Source: Bacteroidaceae bacterium (GTDB lineage: Bacteria; Bacteroidota; Bacteroidia; Bacteroidales; Bacteroidaceae). Taken from it: a stretch of DNA of 64,000 nt. Shown here piece after piece: positions 58,596 to 64,000 of the stretch (position 1 is the stretch's first letter; every line of letters starts with the position of its first letter). Position numbers and translations under genes: made by a program. Where the stretch lies: the NCBI GenBank assembly GCA_017445145.1, contig JAFSVI010000144.1, forward strand, positions 36,992-100,991, read 5' to 3'. The notes beneath the pieces were generated by a model. That model made no database searches, was not told the DNA's origin, and worked only from the letters and a program-made list of their open reading frames with translations.

Positions 58596-59198
58596 ATGCC
58601 TGACAAAGCCACTTTTGGCCACAAGCACCCGCGGCTGAAACGCTTCGCGCACTGGTGCGTCATCAATCCCACGCTATCGCGCCCGCGATGGTGGGTTCGC
58701 TTTTTGCGTCCATGCTTCACCAATGCCGCTTGGTCCAGCCACATCTACCACTCCGCACGCATGGACGTGGTGCCATGGAGCCGTTTCCGCCTGGGCCGCC
58801 ACAGCGTTGTTGAGAGCTTCGCTTGCGTCAACAACGCGATGGGCGACGTCGTCATCGGCGACCATACGCGCGTGGGGCTTCACAACACCATCATCGGCCC
58901 CGCCACCATCGGCTCACATGTGAACCTTGCCCAGGGAGTGGTGGTGACAGCCATCAACCACAACTTCAGCGACCCGGCCAAACCCATTGACATGCAAGGT
59001 GTCAGCGCCCAGCGCATCGTCATCGATGATGATGTGTGGGTGGGTGCCAATGTGACCATCACCGCCGGTGTGACCATAGGCTCGCACAGCGTCATCGGCG
59101 CCGGCAGCGTCGTCACGCGCGACATCCCCGCCGGTTCTGTTGCCGTGGGTTCGCCGGCCAAGGTCATGCGCACCATCGTGCCCCAACAGATACCCTGA
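58596..59198 (+). CDS. Hexapeptide-repeat (LbH) O-acetyltransferase
   Basis: ..IGDHTRVGLHNTIIGPATIGSHVNLAQGVVV..DDDVWVGANVTITAGVTIGSHSVIGAGSVVTRDIP..VGSPAKV... Confidence 0.8.
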   Translation: MPDKATFGHKHPRLKRFAHWCVINPTLSRPRWWVRFLRPCFTNAAWSSHIYHSARMDVVPWSRFRLGRHSVVESFACVNNAMGDVVIGDHTRVGLHNTIIGPATIGSHVNLAQGVVVTAINHNFSDPAKPIDMQGVSAQRIVIDDDVWVGANVTITAGVTIGSHSVIGAGSVVTRDIPAGSVAVGSPAKVMRTIVPQQIP

Positions 59199-59252
59199 AC
59201 ACACCATCAGCAACCCTACATTATCCAACACTTATAAACCAACACTTAAATT

Positions 59253-61271
59253 ATGAATGACATCAAAGTACTGAACCACGCAGCCGACAACATACGCATC
59301 CTGGCCGCGTCGATGGTAGAGAAAGCCAAGAGTGGACACCCCGGCGGCGCCATGGGTGGAGCCGACTTCATCAATGTGCTCTACAGCGAGTACCTCAACT
59401 ACGACCCCGCCGACCCGACGTGGGTGGGCCGCGACCGCTTCTTCCTCGACCCCGGCCACATGGCACCAATGCTCTACAGCCAGCTCGCACTCATCGGCAA
59501 GTTCTCGCTCGACGAGCTGCAGCAGCTGCGCCAGTGGGGCTCGCCAACGCCCGGCCACCCCGAGGCCGACCCCGCCCGCGGCATAGAGAACACCAGCGGC
59601 CCTCTGGGTCAGGGCCACACCTTCGGCATCGGCGCCGCCATCGCCGCCAAGTTCCTGGCCGCCCACACCGGCAACCCGACGTTTGAGAAGGAGACCATCT
59701 ACATCTACATCTCCGACGGCGGCGTGCAGGAGGAGATCTCGCAGGGCGCAGCCCGCATTGCCGGCACTCTGGGTCTGGACAACGTGGTGATGTTCTATGA
59801 CAGCAACGACATCCAGCTCTCCACCGAGACGGCCGAGGTTATGAACGAGGACACCGCCGCCAAGTACCGCGCCCTGGGCTGGGAGGTGTTCTGCATCAAC
59901 GGCAACGACGCCTCACAGATACGCACCGCCATCGAGCAGGCCAAGGCCGTGAAGGGCAAGCCTGCCCTCATCATCGGCAAGACCATTATGGGCAAGGGCG
60001 CCCTGAAGGACGACGGCAGCAGCTACGAGCGCAACTGCAAGACCCACGGCGCACCTCTCGGCGGCGATGCCTACAGGAAGACTATAGCCAACCTGGGCGG
60101 CGACGCTGACAATCCGTTCGTTATCTTCGACGACGTGAAGGAGCTCTATGCCCGTCGCGCTGAGGAGTTGAAGGGCATCGTGGCCGAGCGCAAGGCCGAG
60201 GAGGCCGCCTGGGCAGCCCAGAATCCCGAGTGTGCCGCCGCTCAGACCGAGTGGTTCAGCGGCAAGGCCCCGCAGGTGGATTGGTCGAAGGTGCAGCAGA
60301 AGAGCGGCGACGCCACGCGCAACGCCAGCGCCGCCGTGCTCAGCCAGCTGGCCCAGCAGGTGCCCAACATGATTGTGGCGAGCGCCGACCTCTCCAACTC
60401 CGACAAGACCGACGGCTTCCTCAAGCAAACCCACGCCCTCAAGGCCGGCGACTTCAGCGGTGCCTTCTTCCAGGCCGGTGTGGCCGAGCTGACGATGGCC
60501 TGCTGCTGCATCGGCATGGCCCTGCACGGCGGCGTCATCCCCGCCTGTGGCACGTTCTTCGTGTTCTCCGACTACATGAAGCCCGCCGTGCGCATGGCCG
60601 CACTGATGGAGCTGCCCGTGAAGTTCATCTGGACGCACGACGCCTTCCGCGTCGGTGAGGACGGCCCCACCCACGAGCCTGTGGAGCAGGAGGCCCAGAT
60701 CCGCCTCATGGAGAAGCTCAAGAACCACCACGGCAAGAACTCAACCCTCGTGCTGCGCCCCGCCGACGCCCAGGAGACCACGGCCGCCTGGTGCCTGGCC
60801 ATGGAGAACACTACCAGCCCCACGGCCCTCATCCTCAGCCGCCAGAACATAGCCGACCTGCCCGCCGGCAACGACTACAGCCAGGCCGCCAAGGGCGCAT
60901 ACATCGTGGCAGGCTCTGACGAGCAGCCCGACGTCATCCTCCTGGCCAGCGGCTCGGAGGTGAGCACGCTCGTGGCCGGTGCCGAGCTTCTGCGCCGGGA
61001 CGGCGTGAAGGTGCGCATCGTCAGCGTGCCCTCCGAGGGCCTGTTCCGCAGCCAGCCCAAGGAGTACCAGCAGTGCATCCTGCCCGCCGGGGTGAAGAAG
61101 TTTGGCCTCACCGCCGGCCTGCCCGTGAACCTCGAGGGACTCGTGGGTGCCGACGGCAGCGTGTGGGGCTTGGAGAGCTTCGGCTTCAGCGCCCCCTACA
61201 AGGTGCTCGACGAGAAGCTGGGCTTCACCGCCGACAACGTCTATAAGCAGGTGAAGGCCCTGCTGGCCTAA
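59253..61271 (+). CDS. tkt: Transketolase
   Basis: 672 aa. ..SGHPGGAMGGADF..GHPE..GPLGQG..SDGGVQEEIS..DGPTHEPVEQ... Confidence 0.9.
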   Translation: MNDIKVLNHAADNIRILAASMVEKAKSGHPGGAMGGADFINVLYSEYLNYDPADPTWVGRDRFFLDPGHMAPMLYSQLALIGKFSLDELQQLRQWGSPTPGHPEADPARGIENTSGPLGQGHTFGIGAAIAAKFLAAHTGNPTFEKETIYIYISDGGVQEEISQGAARIAGTLGLDNVVMFYDSNDIQLSTETAEVMNEDTAAKYRALGWEVFCINGNDASQIRTAIEQAKAVKGKPALIIGKTIMGKGALKDDGSSYERNCKTHGAPLGGDAYRKTIANLGGDADNPFVIFDDVKELYARRAEELKGIVAERKAEEAAWAAQNPECAAAQTEWFSGKAPQVDWSKVQQKSGDATRNASAAVLSQLAQQVPNMIVASADLSNSDKTDGFLKQTHALKAGDFSGAFFQAGVAELTMACCCIGMALHGGVIPACGTFFVFSDYMKPAVRMAALMELPVKFIWTHDAFRVGEDGPTHEPVEQEAQIRLMEKLKNHHGKNSTLVLRPADAQETTAAWCLAMENTTSPTALILSRQNIADLPAGNDYSQAAKGAYIVAGSDEQPDVILLASGSEVSTLVAGAELLRRDGVKVRIVSVPSEGLFRSQPKEYQQCILPAGVKKFGLTAGLPVNLEGLVGADGSVWGLESFGFSAPYKVLDEKLGFTADNVYKQVKALLA

Positions 61272-61303
61272 GCCACGACATCCCGACAAACACACGTCAC
61301 ACC

Positions 61304-61744
61304 ATGGACATCAAAGTCATAGGGTTAGCCAGCGACCACGCTGGCTACCCTCTCAAACAATACGTGAAGCAGTACCTCGACGCCAAGGGCCTGACCTACA
61401 AGGACTATGGCACCTTCAGCGAGGCAAGCTGCGACTACAGCGACTTCGGCCACGCCCTGGCACTGGGCATCGAGTGCGGCGAGGTCTATCCCGGCATTGC
61501 CATCTGCGGTTCAGGCGAAGGCATCAACATGACACTCAACAAGCATCAGGGCATCCGCGCCGGTCTGTGCTGGATTCCAGAGATTGCACATCTCATCCGC
61601 CAGCACAACAACGCCAACGTGCTCGTCATGCCGGGCCGGTTCATCGACACCGACATGGCCTCGAAGATCATGGATGAGTTCTTCGCCACCGACTTCGAGG
61701 GCGGACGCCATCAGGCGCGCATCGACAAGATTCCTGTGCAATAA
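61304..61744 (+). CDS. rpiB: Ribose-5-phosphate isomerase B
   Basis: MDIKVIGLASDHAGYPLKQ..ICGSGEGINMTLNK..ARIDKI... Confidence 0.9.
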   Translation: MDIKVIGLASDHAGYPLKQYVKQYLDAKGLTYKDYGTFSEASCDYSDFGHALALGIECGEVYPGIAICGSGEGINMTLNKHQGIRAGLCWIPEIAHLIRQHNNANVLVMPGRFIDTDMASKIMDEFFATDFEGGRHQARIDKIPVQ

Positions 61745-61773
61745 GCCGCAGGACAATCACCACGCAGCCATCG

Positions 61774-61809
61774 CCAGCGGCGGCTCCCCCGCGAGGAGCG
61801 GGCCGCTGG
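61774..61809 (+). terminator. GC-rich hairpin downstream of rpiB (possible terminator, no U-tract)
   Basis: ccagcggc-ggctcccccgcgaggagcgg-gccgctgg forms an 8-bp outer stem, with an inner GCTCC/GGAGC stem. Confidence 0.4.
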
Positions 61810-61867
61810 TGGCGGCGGCATCACCCACAACAACCACAAGCACACACACAACACACCCCTTACATCG

Positions 61868-63175
61868 ATGATTTGGAACCCCAACAAAGAATGCATGAGC
61901 CGCGACGAGATGAGCGCGCTCCAAGGCAAACGCCTCCACAAGATTGTGGAATATGTGTATCACAACGTCCCCTTCTACCGCAACAAGCTGCAGGAGATGG
62001 ACATACGCCCCGACGACATTCAGACCATTGAGGACATACACAAGCTGCCTTTCACCACCAAGAAAGACCTTCGCGACAACTACCCCTTCGGCCTGCAGGC
62101 CGCACCACAGAGCGAGATCATACGCATACACGCCAGCAGCGGCACGACCGGCAACCCCACCATCGTGGGCTACACGCGCAAGGACATCGGCGTGTGGAGC
62201 GAGTGCATGGCACGGTGCCTGACGGCCTACGGCGTCACCCGCGACGACATCTTCTCCGTGTCCTACGGCTATGGCCTGTTCACCGGCGGCCTGGGTGCCC
62301 ACTACGGCGTGGAGCACATCGGCGCCAGCGTCATCCCTGCCGGCACGGGCAACACCGAGAAACACCTGAAGCTCATCCGCGACCTGGGCATCACGGGCAT
62401 AGCCTGCACCCCGAGCTACGCCCTGTACCTGGCCGAGACGATGGACAAGCTCGGCATACGCAAGGACGACATCCGTCTGCGCGTGGGTGCCTTTGGCGCC
62501 GAGCCTTGGACAGAGAACATGCGCTGCGAGATCCAGGAGCGCCTGGGCTTGAAGGGCTACAACCTGTATGGTCTGTCGGAGGTGATGGGACCGAGCGTGA
62601 GCTACGAGTGCCAGATGCAGAACGGCTCCCACATCTGTGAGGACCACTTCTACCCCGAGATTATCAACCCCGTGACGCTGGAACCGCTGCCTGCCGGGCA
62701 GACCGGCGAGCTGGTGTTCACGACGCTGACCAAGGAGGGCATGCCCGTGCTGCGCTACCGCACGCGCGACCTGTGCTCCCTGCTGCCCGGCACCTGCGAC
62801 TGTGGTCGCACGTCCGTGCGCATGGGCCGCATCCAGGGCCGTTCGGACGACATGCTCATCATCCGCGGCATCAACGTTTTCCCGTCGCAGGTGGAGAGCG
62901 TGGTGCTCTCGATGCCGGAATTTGCGCCGCGCTACATGCTCGTTGTGGATCGCGTGAACAACCTCGACACGCTTCAGGTGCAGGTGGAGATTCGCCAGGA
63001 GTTCTTCACCGGCACGTTCGACACGCCCGCCGCCGTCGATGCCCTCGAGAAACGCTTGGCAGCCAAGCTCAAGAGCGTGTTGAGCATCTCGGCCAAGGTA
63101 CAGCTCAAGGCCCCTGGCACGATAGAGCGCAGCCAAGGCAAGAGCGCCCACGTCATCGACAAGCGCCAGCTCTGA
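61868..63175 (+). CDS. paaK: Phenylacetate--CoA ligase
   Basis: 435 aa. ..KLPFTTKKDLRDNYPFG..IHASSGTTGNPT..YGYGLFTGGLG..GAEPW..YGLSE... Confidence 0.85.
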   Translation: MIWNPNKECMSRDEMSALQGKRLHKIVEYVYHNVPFYRNKLQEMDIRPDDIQTIEDIHKLPFTTKKDLRDNYPFGLQAAPQSEIIRIHASSGTTGNPTIVGYTRKDIGVWSECMARCLTAYGVTRDDIFSVSYGYGLFTGGLGAHYGVEHIGASVIPAGTGNTEKHLKLIRDLGITGIACTPSYALYLAETMDKLGIRKDDIRLRVGAFGAEPWTENMRCEIQERLGLKGYNLYGLSEVMGPSVSYECQMQNGSHICEDHFYPEIINPVTLEPLPAGQTGELVFTTLTKEGMPVLRYRTRDLCSLLPGTCDCGRTSVRMGRIQGRSDDMLIIRGINVFPSQVESVVLSMPEFAPRYMLVVDRVNNLDTLQVQVEIRQEFFTGTFDTPAAVDALEKRLAAKLKSVLSISAKVQLKAPGTIERSQGKSAHVIDKRQL

Positions 63176-63191
63176 CCGGGCTGTGCACCCG

Positions 63192-63274
63192 ATATGTGTC
63201 GCAACGCATGCTGCGTCACCGGCGCCACGTCGCGCCAGCGGCATGCACGGCCGCCAGGTGCGTTGCGACATATA
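63192..63274. repeat. Inverted repeat between the two paaK paralogs
   Basis: gtcgcaacgca (63198-63208) pairs with tgcgttgcgac (63259-63269). The flanking atatgt/acatat extend the stem with a 2-nt bulge. The loop is GC-rich and 50 nt long. Confidence 0.6.
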
Positions 63275-63283
63275 ATAACTGAT

Positions 63284-64000
63284 ATGCCACTTACAAACAA
63301 AGAAATGATTGACAGCAAATCACCTTACTTCAACCCCGAACATGAGGCCATGTCGCGCGAGCAGATCGAGACACTGCAGCTCGAACGCCTCAAGGCCACT
63401 GTGCGCCACTGCCTGACGAACGAGTTCTACCAGAAGAAGTTTGCCGAGGCCGGCATCACGGCCGACGACATCCAGACGCTGGCCGACGTGCGCAAACTCC
63501 CCTTCACCACGAAGCAGGACCTGCGCGACACCTATCCTTTTGGCATGGCGTGTGTGCCGCTTCGCGACTGTGTGCGCCTACACTCGAGCAGCGGCACCAC
63601 CGGCAACCCCACTGTCATCCTCCACACTCAGCGCGACCTCGACGAATGGGCCAACCAGGTGGCGCGCAACCTGTGGATGGTAGGTCTGCGCCCTGACGAC
63701 GTGTTCCAGAATTCCAGCGGCTACGGCATGTTCACCGGCGGCCTGGGCTTCCAATACGGTGCCGAGCGGCTGGGCATGCTCACCGTGCCGGCCGCCGCCG
63801 GCAACTCCCTGCGCCAGATCAAGTTCATCAAGGACTTTGGCACCACGGCCATCCACGCCATACCGTCCTACGTCACACGCCTCTATGAGGTGATGCGGCA
63901 AGAGGGCGTTGACCCCCGCCGCGACACCAAACTCAAGGTGCTGGCCATCGGCGCCGAGCCCCACTCGGAGGAGCAGCGCCAGCGCATAGAGCAGATGATG
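63284..64000 (+). CDS. paaK: Phenylacetate--CoA ligase paralog (partial; runs off the window edge)
   Basis: It is not in the ORF track because it has no stop in the window. My translation: MPLTNKEMIDSKSPYFNPEHEAMSREQIETLQLERLKA..KLPFTTKQDLRDTYPFG..LHSSSGTTGNPT..SGYGMFTGGLG..IGAEPHSEEQRQRIEQMM. Confidence 0.85.
   Translation, partial: MPLTNKEMIDSKSPYFNPEHEAMSREQIETLQLERLKATVRHCLTNEFYQKKFAEAGITADDIQTLADVRKLPFTTKQDLRDTYPFGMACVPLRDCVRLHSSSGTTGNPTVILHTQRDLDEWANQVARNLWMVGLRPDDVFQNSSGYGMFTGGLGFQYGAERLGMLTVPAAAGNSLRQIKFIKDFGTTAIHAIPSYVTRLYEVMRQEGVDPRRDTKLKVLAIGAEPHSEEQRQRIEQMM

Noticed and set aside
61757-63271. A 504-aa minus-strand ORF
   Set aside because: It is antisense to paaK and has a composition-driven open frame.
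1-64000. tRNA, rRNA and tmRNA genes, and transposase, integrase or phage genes
   Set aside because: None of the intergenic regions is long enough or shows cloverleaf or rRNA-like sequence. No ORF resembles a transposase, integrase or phage protein. smpB is present, but I saw no ssrA in this window.

Overview
This looks like a high-GC Bacteroidota (Bacteroidales-like) chromosomal segment. The evidence is TAnnTTTG -7 promoter boxes about 30 nt upstream of many start codons, C/A-rich leaders with no Shine-Dalgarno sequence, and two proteins ending in T9SS C-terminal sorting domains.

Gene content, left to right:
1. A visibly lower-GC left end: a partial GH95 alpha-L-fucosidase, a small antitoxin plus a frameshifted PIN toxin, and a T9SS-CTD protein with a defective 5' end.
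2. A roughly 14.5 kb co-directional minus-strand block: lrgA-lrgB-ldhA-cbiET-cbiGF-cbiJD-btuC-like-cobU-cobT-cobS-cbiA::cobQ-cobD. This is part of the anaerobic cobalamin pathway and several of its genes are fused.
3. Housekeeping genes: mce, a CotH/discoidin T9SS protein, Crp/Fnr, Dcp, dCMP deaminase, an S41 protease, 5-FTHF cyclo-ligase, DUF721-recF, a TPR protein, ribH, smpB, metH and a DUF4375-like ORF.
4. The operon lplA-gcvT-gcvH-gcvPA-gcvPB.
5. A DUF2582 winged-helix gene and manC.
6. A roughly 17 kb polysaccharide locus (42.1-59.2 kb).
7. tkt, rpiB and two tandem paaK paralogs, the second partial.

I found no rRNA or tRNA gene, CRISPR array, transposase or integrase.

Two things seem most worth following up:
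- **A dispersed hairpin repeat family.** A GC-rich repeat (core GCCYGGCGCTTYTCCGCCRG) sits in-frame inside cbiA::cobQ and metH, touches the 5' end of the next ORF, and recurs in an intergenic repeat cluster. gcvT also appears to carry a GC-rich in-frame insertion.
- **An atypical polysaccharide locus.** It combines an orphan receiver protein, a phosphoglycosyl transferase with a degenerate receiver-like N-terminus, a half-size TolC-like protein, a Wzc-like protein without a Tyr cluster, and a Wzy-like protein. It also has a tandem pair of multi-TM synthase-like GT2 proteins, one of which has lost every catalytic motif I could check.

Many long ORFs in the supplied track are antisense or out-of-frame artefacts of the high GC content.
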